64,000 bases of DNA from an uncultured Bacteroidota bacterium (lineage in GTDB: Bacteria > Bacteroidota > Ignavibacteria > UBA10030 > UBA6906): positions 1,248,001 to 1,312,000 of the forward strand of contig CAVOYH010000003.1 in the NCBI GenBank assembly GCA_963700635.1, in the 5' to 3' direction. Under the pieces are notes generated by a model. That model searched no databases. It saw only the letters and a list, made by a program, of their open reading frames with translations, and was not told the origin of the DNA. Of this stretch, positions 47,775-58,049 are shown piece by piece; position 1 is the stretch's first letter; every line of letters starts with the position of its first letter. Made by a program: the position numbers and the translations under genes.

Positions 47775-49613
47775 ATGCAACGCAGAGACGACATCCGCAA
47801 CATCGCAATCATCGCTCATGTGGACCACGGCAAGACAACACTCGTGGACCATATGCTCCGCCAGACGGGAATTTTTCGGGCCAACCAGCAGCTCGTTACC
47901 CGCGTCATGGACTCGAATGATCTCGAACGGGAGCGGGGAATTACCATCCTGGCAAAGAACACCGCCATCCACTACAAGGGAGTCAAAATCAATATTGTGG
48001 ATACGCCGGGGCACGCGGATTTCGGCGGTGAGGTGGAACGGACGCTGACCATGGTGGACGGTGTTCTGCTGCTCGTGGATGCGGCGGAGGGTCCGTTGCC
48101 CGGGACGAAGTTTGTTCTGAAGAAATCCCTCGATCTGCAGCTCAAACCCATCGTGGTCATCAATAAAATCGACAGGAAAGACGCCCGGCCGCATGAGGTG
48201 CTGGATCTGGTCTTTGATCTTTTTCTCTCGTTAGGTGCGGACAACAAGCAGCTGGATTTCCCGACAGTGTACTGTATCGCAAAGCAGGGGATTGCCAAAA
48301 ACGAACTGGAACAGGACAGCACCACTCTGGTTCCACTTCTCGATGCCATTGTCAACCATGTGCCACCCCCTCCGGGCGACACCACCGAGCCGTTTCAGAT
48401 GCTCGTCACCACCATAGACTACAATGACTATTTGGGGCGCCTCGGTATCGGACGTATTCACCGGGGGACCATCCGGCTCGGCGGACCCATGAACATCGTT
48501 CACCGTGATGGTGCCGTTGAGGATGCGCGCGTGACAAAGATCTACACCTTTGACGGACTGAAGCGAATCGAGGTCGAAGAGGCCGGTGCGGGTGACATTA
48601 TCGCGATCGCCGGGATGGAGGATGTGGATATCGGCGAGACGATCGCCGATGCGTCCGATCCGACACAACTGCCGTTCGTTGCCATCGAAGAACCGACACT
48701 CTCCATGAATTTCATCGTGAACAACAGCCCGTTCGCCGGACGGGATGGGAAGTATGTCACGACCCGGCATCTGAGCGAACGTCTGACCCGGGAGCTGCGG
48801 TCGAACGTCAGCTTGCGAATTGAACTGACAGACTCTCCGGACAGGTTCAAGGTGAGCGGACGCGGTGAGTTACATCTGGCAATCCTGATCGAGACGATGC
48901 GCCGGGAGGGGTACGAATTCCAGGTTTCGCGGCCCGAAGTTATTCTCAAAAGAATTGATGACGTCCTCTCGGAACCGATGGAGCATGTGATCATCGATGT
49001 TCCGGATGAGTTTATCGGAGTGGTGATTGAAAACCTCGGCCGACGGCGCGGGGAGATGAAAAACATGATCTCGTCGAATGACAATACCAGGCTGGAGTTT
49101 ATTGTCCCGGCGCGGGGGTTGATCGGATTCCGGGGGGAGTTTATGACGCAGACAAAGGGAACCGGAATTCTGCACCACAATTTTCACGGCTACGACCCCT
49201 ACAAAGGCGAAATCACGCAGCGCACAAAAGGCGCAATTGTCGTTATGGAAGCCGGAGAAGCGGTGGCATACGGGATGTGGAAGTTGCAGGAGCGTTCGGT
49301 CTTCTTTGTTGAACCGGGGACGAAGGTGTACGAGGGAATGATCGTGGGCGAAAACTCACGCGAGCAGGACATGACGGTAAATGTGTGCAAGACCAAGCAG
49401 CTGACCAACATGCGAGCTTCGGGATCCGATGAGGCCGTCCGGTTGGAGCCTCCCCGGCTTCTGACTCTTGAGCAGGCCATAGAGTGGATCGGAGACGATG
49501 AGCTGGTGGAAGTTACTCCGCAGAGTATTCGTTTACGCAAGCGGCATCTGAATGCTGACGTCCGCAAGCGGATGAGCAAGAAGGCTCTGGAAGCGGTCGA
49601 GAGTCCGGCATGA
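47775..49613 (+). CDS. typA: Translational GTPase TypA/BipA
   Basis: [50 protein letters not shown] and LTNMRASG motifs. Confidence 0.97.
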   Translation: MQRRDDIRNIAIIAHVDHGKTTLVDHMLRQTGIFRANQQLVTRVMDSNDLERERGITILAKNTAIHYKGVKINIVDTPGHADFGGEVERTLTMVDGVLLLVDAAEGPLPGTKFVLKKSLDLQLKPIVVINKIDRKDARPHEVLDLVFDLFLSLGADNKQLDFPTVYCIAKQGIAKNELEQDSTTLVPLLDAIVNHVPPPPGDTTEPFQMLVTTIDYNDYLGRLGIGRIHRGTIRLGGPMNIVHRDGAVEDARVTKIYTFDGLKRIEVEEAGAGDIIAIAGMEDVDIGETIADASDPTQLPFVAIEEPTLSMNFIVNNSPFAGRDGKYVTTRHLSERLTRELRSNVSLRIELTDSPDRFKVSGRGELHLAILIETMRREGYEFQVSRPEVILKRIDDVLSEPMEHVIIDVPDEFIGVVIENLGRRRGEMKNMISSNDNTRLEFIVPARGLIGFRGEFMTQTKGTGILHHNFHGYDPYKGEITQRTKGAIVVMEAGEAVAYGMWKLQERSVFFVEPGTKVYEGMIVGENSREQDMTVNVCKTKQLTNMRASGSDEAVRLEPPRLLTLEQAIEWIGDDELVEVTPQSIRLRKRHLNADVRKRMSKKALEAVESPA

Positions 49614-49665
49614 CCGGTGCACTCGCGCGCGGAGTTTCCGGCGTGAACACCGTCATCCCCGCAAA

Positions 49666-49698
49666 CAAAAGGGCTCTCCTGGTGAGAGCCCTTTTTTA
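49666..49698. terminator. Bidirectional Rho-independent terminator
   Basis: AAAAGGGCTCTC-CTGGT-GAGAGCCCTTTTTT between convergent genes. Confidence 0.88.
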
Positions 49699-49744
49699 CG
49701 TTGGAGCGAAACCGTATCCGTTACCGTCCGGGCTTCATGACACG

Positions 49745-50401
49745 TTAGAAAGTGATACCGGCAGTGACAATCGGTACGTACGTGCTCGTGCCCTCTTCGA
49801 TCATGATCCAGTTGACTTTTAACTCGGCAAAAATCGCTACGCCGCCAAATTGAAGATCTGCTCCCGCGCCGACGTTAAAAGCGCCGACAGTCTGCGTCTT
49901 CAGAATTGAAACCGGTGCGAGCTTGGTGCCACCCAGGGAGAGTGTAACTTCGGTGGCTTTGACATTTACAAGTCCCGCGCCTCCTGTCACATACGGTCTG
50001 AAAACCGGCAGAGGGAGCACGACAAGTTTCGCATTGGCATTTCCGGAGATCATATCCACTCTGCCGCCTTCCACAAATTGAACGGGGAGGCCGGGGATGA
50101 CCTGCTGTACATACGCCGTAAACTTCTCCTTTTCAGGGGAAAGAGTGACATAGTCGCCGGAAATGCGGATGCTCAGAATGCTCAAATTAAGATCAAAATG
50201 AATACCCCCACCCAGCCCGAGTCCATACACCTCGTCCAGGGCGACCTGTAAAACGCCGGTGGACGGCGTGATTCCGGCGATTTGTTTCACCTTTGCATTT
50301 ATCTTGGAATTTATCATATTTCCGTGCACGCCGAATCCGACTGTCTGCGCCGAGGCTATTGTTGCTACACACAGGGCACAACTGAGTAGTAAGCGTTTCA
50401 T
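49745..50401 (-). CDS. Outer-membrane beta-barrel protein (8-stranded type)
   Basis: Signal peptide (MKRLLL...ASAQ), RPYVTGGAG, alternating strands and C-terminal GITF; GGAGG RBS. Confidence 0.8.
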   Translation of the reverse strand: MKRLLLSCALCVATIASAQTVGFGVHGNMINSKINAKVKQIAGITPSTGVLQVALDEVYGLGLGGGIHFDLNLSILSIRISGDYVTLSPEKEKFTAYVQQVIPGLPVQFVEGGRVDMISGNANAKLVVLPLPVFRPYVTGGAGLVNVKATEVTLSLGGTKLAPVSILKTQTVGAFNVGAGADLQFGGVAIFAELKVNWIMIEEGTSTYVPIVTAGITF

Positions 50402-50595
50402 ACATCCTCCACAATGGTTATTGGGTGCTGATGTGCACAAGCGCTGGCGTCGGTTGTGGCCAGCCAATTTTCCTGCATAAATCTATGTTGTTATCTACAC
50501 TTTATCAAGTTTTTGTTTCTGCATGCCCGGAAAGAAGAGAAATATCGTAGAGAACCATTTCACTCTCTTCGGTGTTAGTGGTTTGGAGGCAATTT

Positions 50596-51132
50596 ATGCG
50601 AAGTAGGATTATCGCGTCAGCACTGGTCGCGGGCTTGCTCGGTTTCTGTTCCGGTTGCGACAGGGGATTAGGCCCCATTACGGAAGAAACAGGGTTTAGC
50701 GGTGTGATTACCTTTGCGAACTGGCCACCACCGGAACAGGTGCTGGAACTGCGTCTTGTCGCCTTCCGGGATTATCCGTCTGATAGCAGCGGAATCATTG
50801 CGGCACTGTTGGACCAACGCGCTGCGATCTATCCCCACGTCACCACTGGCGTTGCCGGCGCGCTCGAGATTCTCGGGAACAAGACCGCTGACACGGTGCA
50901 CTATTCGTTTACTACAGAGGGGACGATCTTGAAGGAGGGAACATATAATTATGTTGTTCTCGGATGGCGGTACGGACCGAATTACTTCGCGGACTGGCAA
51001 CCTGTCGGTGTGTACACGGAGAAGCCCGGGACCTTTGAACCCGCTCCCGTCGTGGTGCGCGACCGGCGGATGAGAAAAGACGTCGACATTAAAGTTGATT
51101 TCAACAATCTACCGCCGAAACCATGGAAATGA
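50596..51132 (+). CDS. Hypothetical lipoprotein
   Basis: GGAGG RBS; hydrophobic leader with Cys (FCSGC); overlaps the TonB receptor start. Confidence 0.7.
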   Translation: MRSRIIASALVAGLLGFCSGCDRGLGPITEETGFSGVITFANWPPPEQVLELRLVAFRDYPSDSSGIIAALLDQRAAIYPHVTTGVAGALEILGNKTADTVHYSFTTEGTILKEGTYNYVVLGWRYGPNYFADWQPVGVYTEKPGTFEPAPVVVRDRRMRKDVDIKVDFNNLPPKPWK

Positions 51133-53330
51133 ACCGTTTAAAACTGTTCGTCCTGCTGCTGCCGTGGATTGTTGTACAGGGATTTGCGGAAAGCGGCAGT
51201 ATCACAGGTCGTGTCTCCTCACTGACCGATGGCCAGTCTGAACCACTCGTGGGTGCAGTACTCTTTGTGCAGGGATCGGTCCGCGGCACCACAACAAACA
51301 TCAAGGGAGAATACCGGATTGCCGGCCTCGCGCCGGGAACATATACTCTTGTGGTCTCATTGGTAGGATACCAGCGTTTTACCCGGTCAGGTATTGTTGT
51401 GGAAGACGGACGCGAAACCACCGCTCATTTCTCCCTGGAATCATCACCCGTCCAGTTTGATCAGGTTGTCGTCACCGCAAGCAAGAGGCCGCAGTCGCTT
51501 GAGGAAGTCCCGATCAGCCTTTCCATTCTGGATGCGAACGAAATCCGCCAGCGTAATGCCCTGGTGCTGGATGATGCATTACGATACATTCCCGGTGTCA
51601 ACATGACGGGTTTTCAGGTGAACATACGGGGATCCAGCGGCTACAGCCGCGGCGCGGGAAGCCGGGTTCTTATGCTGCTGGATGGAATACCCTTTATCAC
51701 CGGTGACACCGGCGAGCTGAACTTCGAGACAATCCCGGTCGGACAGGTTGACCGTATCGAAGTGGTAAAAGGGGCCAGCTCCGCTCTGTACGGTTCAAAC
51801 GCTCTTGGTGGCGTGATCAACGTGATCACCAAGGAGATCCCGGAACGGCCCAGCACGCACGTTCGTCTTTTCGGCGGGGTCTACGATCAGCCGTCTCATG
51901 ATCAATGGAAATGGACTTCAAAATCCCGGTTTGTCCAGGGGCAATCGGTGAGCCATGCGTACCGCGTCGGAGATCTCGGCGTCGCCGTGTTTCTCTCGCG
52001 GCAGCTCGACGATGGATACCGGCAGAACGACTACCGTCGCCGGTACAACTTCTACCTTAAATTGAAGGAAGAGTTCGCGCAGCAGAGCGCCCTTACCATG
52101 ACGTTTGGATTGTTGTACCAGTATGGCGGTCAGTATCTGTACTGGCGCAGTCTTGATTCTGCCCTTATTCCTCCGCTCGCACAACAGGATGATAACATAA
52201 AGTCCATCAGGTTTTTCACCACCGGACAATACAGTACCGTGGTGAACGACAATTTCCAGCTCACAACCCGCGCGATGTGGTTTCACAATGACTGGGGTTT
52301 TGAAACCCGGAGCGGCATCGGCCGCGCGGAATCGATTGCAGACGACTTCAGATTTGAGACAGTGGCAACAATCCTGCCCGGCGACGGACACACGGTTACC
52401 GCCGGGGTGGATGCGAACGTGGACGTCATCGGCGGGGATGTGATCAGCAACCGGGTCATCGGAGGGTTTGCCGTTTTCGGCCAGGATGAAATCCGTCTTG
52501 CAGATCCGCTTACCCTGACTCTCGGGGCGCGGTATGATTTTTCGTCAGTGGGAGTGACAACACCTGGCGGTCAGGTGAACCCGAAAATAGCGCTTGCCTA
52601 TACGCCTTTTGGTGGAACCACGTTCCGCACGTCGGTAGCCAGGGGGTTCCGGGTGCCTGCTGTTGCCGAAGCGTTTCTTATGGCCGGATTCAGCAATATC
52701 GTCGCCCGTCCCAACGAAGATCTGAAGCCTGAACGTAACTGGTCCTTCGAAGTCGGTCTTTCACAACGGCTGGGTGAGATCGGGACACTTGATATTTCGG
52801 CGTTCCGGTCGGACTATGACAATCTGATTGAAGTGGATGTGGTGGATACGGCTCAGAATTCGCTTCTTTTCCAGTGGCGCAATGTGGCCAAAGCCCGAAT
52901 CCAGGGGGTTGAGGCGTCCGTGAAGCTGGTGTTTTTTGACGGTGGACTCCAGTTGAACACCGGCTACACATACGTGTATCCGGAGGACCTGACGCGAAAC
53001 GATATTTTGAAATACCGTCCGAGACATCTTTTGTACACAACCCTCTCCGGCCGGGTCGGCATGTTCCATGCCTCCTCCGATTTCAGGTTCATCAGCCGTG
53101 TGGATCGTGTGGATGACGTATTGAGCAAGACGGGCATCGTCTTTGACGGTGACGTACGAACAGATATTTTTGTTACGGATTTCCGGCTGGGAGCGGACTT
53201 TTCTCTGGGGAGCGTCCCACTCACCCTTACCGCAAGTGTGAATAACGCGCTGCAGTACAATTATGTGGAGTTGATCGGAAATATTATGCCGCCCCGCACG
53301 TATGTGCTGGCGCTGGATGTACGAATGTAA
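51123..53330 (+). CDS. TonB-dependent receptor with N-terminal carboxypeptidase-regulatory-like domain
   Basis: GSITGRV..GTTT..GEY, VVVTASK, IEVVKGASSALYGSNALGGVINVITK plug and LKPE barrel motifs. Confidence 0.92.
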   Translation: MEMNRLKLFVLLLPWIVVQGFAESGSITGRVSSLTDGQSEPLVGAVLFVQGSVRGTTTNIKGEYRIAGLAPGTYTLVVSLVGYQRFTRSGIVVEDGRETTAHFSLESSPVQFDQVVVTASKRPQSLEEVPISLSILDANEIRQRNALVLDDALRYIPGVNMTGFQVNIRGSSGYSRGAGSRVLMLLDGIPFITGDTGELNFETIPVGQVDRIEVVKGASSALYGSNALGGVINVITKEIPERPSTHVRLFGGVYDQPSHDQWKWTSKSRFVQGQSVSHAYRVGDLGVAVFLSRQLDDGYRQNDYRRRYNFYLKLKEEFAQQSALTMTFGLLYQYGGQYLYWRSLDSALIPPLAQQDDNIKSIRFFTTGQYSTVVNDNFQLTTRAMWFHNDWGFETRSGIGRAESIADDFRFETVATILPGDGHTVTAGVDANVDVIGGDVISNRVIGGFAVFGQDEIRLADPLTLTLGARYDFSSVGVTTPGGQVNPKIALAYTPFGGTTFRTSVARGFRVPAVAEAFLMAGFSNIVARPNEDLKPERNWSFEVGLSQRLGEIGTLDISAFRSDYDNLIEVDVVDTAQNSLLFQWRNVAKARIQGVEASVKLVFFDGGLQLNTGYTYVYPEDLTRNDILKYRPRHLLYTTLSGRVGMFHASSDFRFISRVDRVDDVLSKTGIVFDGDVRTDIFVTDFRLGADFSLGSVPLTLTASVNNALQYNYVELIGNIMPPRTYVLALDVRM

Positions 53331-53402
53331 AAGGGGCGGGGAGATCTCTCTCAGATATCGCGAGAGCCCCGTCCAGACACTGTGAACACTGAAGGAGGAC
53401 AT

Positions 53403-54557
53403 ATGAAAACGAGTCTACGCATTGTTGCGTGTGCCGCTATACTCAGCGCCGGTGTGACGGTTGTGCCGGCTCAGGGCATCAAGATTGACACGGCTGACGT
53501 GAGGCAGATGTTTGCCATCGGCACCACGACAACATACCGTGGTGACACCCTTACAACATCAGCGAACATCGGTGCGCCTGGCGCGACCTCGTGGGATTTT
53601 ACCGGGCTGAGCACGCACACGCGGATGTCATTAAGAAGTGTTCCGCTTGCAACGACACCCTACTATGCCAGCCACTTTCCCGCTGCGACCCATGCGCTCA
53701 GCGATACCGCCTTTACATACTCATTCTATTATGCTGATCTTTTCGCGACAGTCACCCTGAGAGGTGCGGGCTATAACTATATGACGCTGGGACAGGATCT
53801 GCTTGATTACGGGTTCAAGGGAGCCGGGAGCGCGTATCTTTTCGGGAACCCATACCCCGCTGAGGGACAGTGGGTAAAATCTCCGCCGGCGGTCTATTAC
53901 AGTCTGCCGCTGGAGATGTCCAAGACATGGACCACGACGTATAACGAAACGCTCGCGGGAAGCGCACAGCTCTTTGCGGCGCCGGCGCCTCCGATCGCAG
54001 TAGGTCCGACGGTCACGGCACATACCGTCCAGTACACCGTCGATGCGTACGGCCTCCTTACGGTTCCGGGGTCCGGTGCGGTGGATGCGTTGCGTCTTCG
54101 CAAGGTTGACCGGTTCTCAGAAGGGACTACGCAGGGAGTACGGGTGAGCTACATGATCATTGCCAGGAACGGCGCGTCAGTTCAATTTACCGCCGTGGAT
54201 ACCCTCTCACCATCCAGCGGAACAATCCCTGTGACTGCCGTCCAGTGGACCACACCAACCACAACACACGTTCAGTCGGTGAGCAATGTTCCTGCTGCCT
54301 TCGCGTTGGGTCAGAACTATCCGAACCCTTTTAATCCATCGACAACCATCCGATTCACATTGCCTGCCAGCGGGCCGGTCACGCTGAAGGTATTCAATCT
54401 TCTGGGTGAGGAAGTTGCTACGCTTGTCAATGAGACAGTGGGGGCAGGGGAGAGCAGTGTCCGGTTTGACGGCTCGGGTCTGGCAAGTGGCATGTACCTG
54501 TACAGACTCCAGGCGGGTAGCTCAACCCAGACGCGCCGCATGATGCTTGTGAAGTAG
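53403..54557 (+). CDS. Secreted protein with T9SS type-A C-terminal sorting domain
   Basis: Signal peptide; WDF motif; LTVPxG; tail LGQNYPNPFNPSTTIRF...LASGMYLYRL...RRMMLVK. Confidence 0.82.
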   Translation: MKTSLRIVACAAILSAGVTVVPAQGIKIDTADVRQMFAIGTTTTYRGDTLTTSANIGAPGATSWDFTGLSTHTRMSLRSVPLATTPYYASHFPAATHALSDTAFTYSFYYADLFATVTLRGAGYNYMTLGQDLLDYGFKGAGSAYLFGNPYPAEGQWVKSPPAVYYSLPLEMSKTWTTTYNETLAGSAQLFAAPAPPIAVGPTVTAHTVQYTVDAYGLLTVPGSGAVDALRLRKVDRFSEGTTQGVRVSYMIIARNGASVQFTAVDTLSPSSGTIPVTAVQWTTPTTTHVQSVSNVPAAFALGQNYPNPFNPSTTIRFTLPASGPVTLKVFNLLGEEVATLVNETVGAGESSVRFDGSGLASGMYLYRLQAGSSTQTRRMMLVK

Positions 54558-54615
54558 GGTGCGCGTGGGGCTTTGAAGGTATCGTGATGGTCTGAACAGA
54601 TGTCCGGTAACACGA

Positions 54616-54656
54616 AGCGGGATCCCGATGTTCGCACGGGATCCCGCTCTGTTTTT
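54616..54656 (+). terminator. Terminator hairpin between convergent genes
   Basis: AGCGGGATCCCG-N9-CGGGATCCCGCT followed by CTGTTTTT. Confidence 0.75.
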
Positions 54657-54678
54657 GTCGTGATGCTTCGGGAGGATC

Positions 54679-55374
54679 TTACTTCTGAATCTCCAGCAAT
54701 TCCACTTCGAAGATAAGTGTTGCATTCGGAGGAATAACTCCGCCTGCTCCCTGCTCACCGTATGCAAGATGGGGCGGAATGAAGAGCTCCCACTTTGAAC
54801 CAACCTTCATCAACAGCAGAGCTTCCGTCCACCCGCTGATCACGCCGCCACACTGAAACACCGCCGGTTCGCCGCGTTTGTAGGAACTGTCAAATTCCTC
54901 TCCATTGATGAGTTTTCCGCGGTAATTTGTCTTTACTGTGGATGTTGCCAGAGGGATTTTTCCCGTTCCTTCTGTGATTACACGGTACTGGAGTCCGCTG
55001 GGAAGTACTTTGACGCCGGGCGCGTTGACGTTGGCAAGAAGGAACGCTTCCCCCTCGCGTTTGTTCTTGATGGCTTCTGAGTGTGCACGTTCTTCGGCCT
55101 TGGTCTGCATGTCGCGCTGGAATGCCGTCATAGTTTCATGGACCTCCTTTTCGGTCATCAGTCGTTGCGCGCTGTCCAGTTTTGCATCAAGCACTCCACG
55201 GAGGAACGCGTCGGTGTTGATGAGAATGGAATCGCGCTTCAGGTTGTTGCCCACGCTCAGCCCGATACTGTAACTTATTTTGTCCTGCTGCGTCTCGAGC
55301 TTCACTTCTTTTTCTCCTGTTGACTGGCATCCGGTGAGACCAACCACCAGCATGGTGGCCACGATGAATTGCAT
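54679..55374 (-). CDS. FKBP-type peptidyl-prolyl cis-trans isomerase (Mip/FkpA-like lipoprotein)
   Basis: LTGC lipobox; KISYSIG, SGLQY, FDSSYKRG, VISGWTEAL and IPPNATLIFEVELL motifs. Confidence 0.93.
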   Translation of the reverse strand: MQFIVATMLVVGLTGCQSTGEKEVKLETQQDKISYSIGLSVGNNLKRDSILINTDAFLRGVLDAKLDSAQRLMTEKEVHETMTAFQRDMQTKAEERAHSEAIKNKREGEAFLLANVNAPGVKVLPSGLQYRVITEGTGKIPLATSTVKTNYRGKLINGEEFDSSYKRGEPAVFQCGGVISGWTEALLLMKVGSKWELFIPPHLAYGEQGAGGVIPPNATLIFEVELLEIQK

Positions 55375-55655
55375 GGGACTCCCTTTCACATGATGAAAAT
55401 GGCCTGCCGTGGGGGCGGACACGCCTGCCTCTGCCACGTTCAACAGACCCATAATCTTTCAATATAATTAAATATCGTTTAAGAACCAACGGGCGGATTT
55501 GCCTGCGATGAACCGTGTCCCAGGCACCTCGCGTCAATCTTCCTGAAAAATGATGAAACAAACGGTTGTTTCCCCATTCTATTGTACATGGTGAGGCGAT
55601 TCTCTATATTGGGTGACCTCTTCCGGGATCCATCACCAGCGTGAAAGAACCCCCG

Positions 55656-55917
55656 ATGCGTAACGCCGGCATCCTGATCTGGACAGCGATTCTGCGCAGC
55701 ACCGACAGGCCTGTACGCCGCGCGTATCTGCTCGCGCGAATCCGGGCAGGGACAGCAGATCTGATTCGTAGTACGTGGGGGCGGGGCCCGGCTCATGCAG
55801 GAACAGTTCAAGTGTTATGACCATTCAATGCAATACCGTGTAGAACCCGGGACGTTCACCATTATGGTCGGTCCGCATTCAGCAGAGTATCAATCGCGGA
55901 CCCTCACCGTGCACTGA
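55656..55917 (+). pseudogene. Remnant of a GH3 beta-glucosidase gene (C-terminal Fn3-like fragment)
   Basis: 55795-55917 translates to MQEQFKCYDHSMQYRVEPGTFTIMVGPHSAEYQSRTLTVH*, the typical GH3 ending. A signal-like start MRNAGILIWTAIL lies at 55656 in another frame. Confidence 0.6.
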
Positions 55918-55966
55918 CCCGGATTGCTCACCGGCAATCTCCCACTACCCGCGGAAAGGACCCGTT

Positions 55967-57628
55967 ATGGCATCAATCGGTCTCAGCATGTTGGATTGGC
56001 TGATCATCGCCATCTATTTTGCTTTTATTATCGGACTGGGGTACTATCTCAAGCGTTTCACAAAGAGCCAGGAAGACTTCTTCCTCGCGGGAAGGAAGAA
56101 CAGCTCATGGGTTGCGGGATTGGCCTTTCTCTCGGCAAACCTGGGAGCACTCGAGCTCCTGGGGATGACCGGGAACACGTTCAAGTATGGTATGTACGTC
56201 GCCCACTTCTACTGGATAGGCGCCATTCCTGCCATGCTGTTTCTCGGCATCTATATGATGCCGTTCTACTACAGCAGCCGGATCCACTCCGTGCCCGGCT
56301 ACCTGAAACTCCGGTTCGATGAGAAGACACGCGTATTGAACGGGATCTCATTCGCGGTGATGACCGTGCTTGTCTCCGGCATCAACCTCTATGCAATGGC
56401 TCTTGTTCTCCATACCTTCCTCGGCTGGAACTGGGACATCAGCATGTGGATCTCGGCGGCGACGGTTGCGGTGTATGTTACCATGAGCGGATTGTTGTCT
56501 GCCATCTTTACGGAAATAGTACAGTTCTTCCTGATCTGGTTCGGCCTGTTTCTCGTTTCGGTCCTGGGTATCATCGAAATCGGCGGTGTGAATGAAGTAT
56601 TCGCCCGCGTACCGGAGGCCTACAATACCCTCTGGTCAACGTCGGGTGATCCGACCCAGAACGGAATGGCGATAACATGGGGGGGAATTGTGCTCGGACT
56701 CGGGTTTGTCCTTTCATTCGGATACTGGACCACAGACTTCCTTGTCGTCCAGCGTGCATTCTCTGCAAAAGACCTCCGGGCAGCACGGATGACCCCGATC
56801 ATCGCATCATTTTTCAAAATGGCCGTTCCGTTTATCGTGATCATCGCCGGACTTGTTGCCTACATCCTGGCCCATGATCCCATGACCGGTTTTGCGTTGC
56901 TGGAAGACGGCGGACAGATTAATTATGACTCCGCGCTTCCGCTGCTCATCGCCCGGTACTATCCGGAGGGGCTTATGGGACTGGGCATCACAGCGTTGCT
57001 TGCAGGATTTATGGCCGGACAGGCGGGAAATGTCAGCGCCTTTAACACGGTATGGACGTACGACATCTACAAGGCCCTCATCAAAAAGGACGCAAGTGAC
57101 GATCATTTGCTGTGGATGGGGCGGGTGACGACCGTTGTCGGCATCATCATCAGCGTCGGCACAGCCTACTGGGCAAAAAGTTTCCCGAGCATCATGGACT
57201 ATATGCAGGCAATTTTCTCGTGGGTGAACGCACCGCTGTTTGCGACGATGCTGCTCGGCATGTTCGTTGTCTGGATCACCCCGGCCGGGGCATTCTGGGG
57301 GCTCATAGCAGGTATGGGATCATCCTTCTTTATGTTCCTGGCTTCAAAATTCCACTGGGTCGAGGGGAGTCTCTTCACAATGTCAGAGCACTCGAGTGAC
57401 ATGGCGGTCAACTTCTGGCGGGCCTGGTGGGCATGGTTAATTTGTTTTGTGGTTACCATCCTCATCAGTTTTGTCACCAAGAAAAAACCTCGCGAAGAGC
57501 TTGTGGGGCTGGTAAAATGGCTCACGCCCGAGGAACACGACTTCGGGATCCCCTTCATCCGCAGGCCGGCATTTTATGCCCTGCTTTCGCTTGTGGTCCT
57601 TGTCATCGTGAATATCATTTACTGGTAG
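55967..57628 (+). CDS. Sodium:solute symporter (SSS) family protein
   Basis: DFFLAGR, AFLSANLGALE, YWTTDFLVVQR and AFNTVWTYDIY motifs; many TM segments. Confidence 0.92.
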   Translation: MASIGLSMLDWLIIAIYFAFIIGLGYYLKRFTKSQEDFFLAGRKNSSWVAGLAFLSANLGALELLGMTGNTFKYGMYVAHFYWIGAIPAMLFLGIYMMPFYYSSRIHSVPGYLKLRFDEKTRVLNGISFAVMTVLVSGINLYAMALVLHTFLGWNWDISMWISAATVAVYVTMSGLLSAIFTEIVQFFLIWFGLFLVSVLGIIEIGGVNEVFARVPEAYNTLWSTSGDPTQNGMAITWGGIVLGLGFVLSFGYWTTDFLVVQRAFSAKDLRAARMTPIIASFFKMAVPFIVIIAGLVAYILAHDPMTGFALLEDGGQINYDSALPLLIARYYPEGLMGLGITALLAGFMAGQAGNVSAFNTVWTYDIYKALIKKDASDDHLLWMGRVTTVVGIIISVGTAYWAKSFPSIMDYMQAIFSWVNAPLFATMLLGMFVVWITPAGAFWGLIAGMGSSFFMFLASKFHWVEGSLFTMSEHSSDMAVNFWRAWWAWLICFVVTILISFVTKKKPREELVGLVKWLTPEEHDFGIPFIRRPAFYALLSLVVLVIVNIIYW

Positions 57629-57640
57629 GAGAATTGTTTT

Positions 57641-57841
57641 ATGAAACCCATCTGGTATTTTGTCGGTATCCTTCTGCTGGTTCTGGGTGTGCTGGTCCTG
57701 GGCGCAGGGCTGTATGGATTGATGTCCCAGGAACCCCATCGAACCGTGCTGGCCGAGCTGCATCCGCGTGTGTGGTGGGGAGCGATCATGACTGTCGCAG
57801 GCGCCCTTTTCCTTTTCTTCAACAGGAAAACCGTAGCCTGA
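57641..57841 (+). CDS. Small two-TM membrane protein, probable SSS partner subunit
   Basis: AGGAG RBS; PIWYFVG...LHPRVWWG; immediately downstream of the symporter. Confidence 0.75.
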   Translation: MKPIWYFVGILLLVLGVLVLGAGLYGLMSQEPHRTVLAELHPRVWWGAIMTVAGALFLFFNRKTVA

Positions 57842-57866
57842 CACCGTACGTTGCTTGGTCGTCTTC

Positions 57867-57926
57867 AGGGGGCCCGGCGGGCCAGACACTCCAGGCCTGG
57901 TGCCGCTGGCCCCCTGGCTCTTTTTT
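57867..57926 (+). terminator. Probable terminator after the SSS operon
   Basis: AGGGGGCC...GGCCCCCT long GC stem followed by TCTTTTTT. Confidence 0.6.
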
Positions 57927-58049
57927 CCCCTCATCCGGAGAGAGATCCCGGTTTGCCTCCGGTGTGCCTCACATGCAACTTCGGCACGTGTTTCTTCGTA
58001 TATAAAGAACTATCTCCCCACACGGTTGTTCCACGAGCACGGATTTTCG

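Noticed and set aside
53333-54648. REP/MITE family suggested by several GC-rich palindromes
   Set aside because: The hairpins share no sequence and most sit at gene ends, consistent with terminators or mRNA-stabilising stems.
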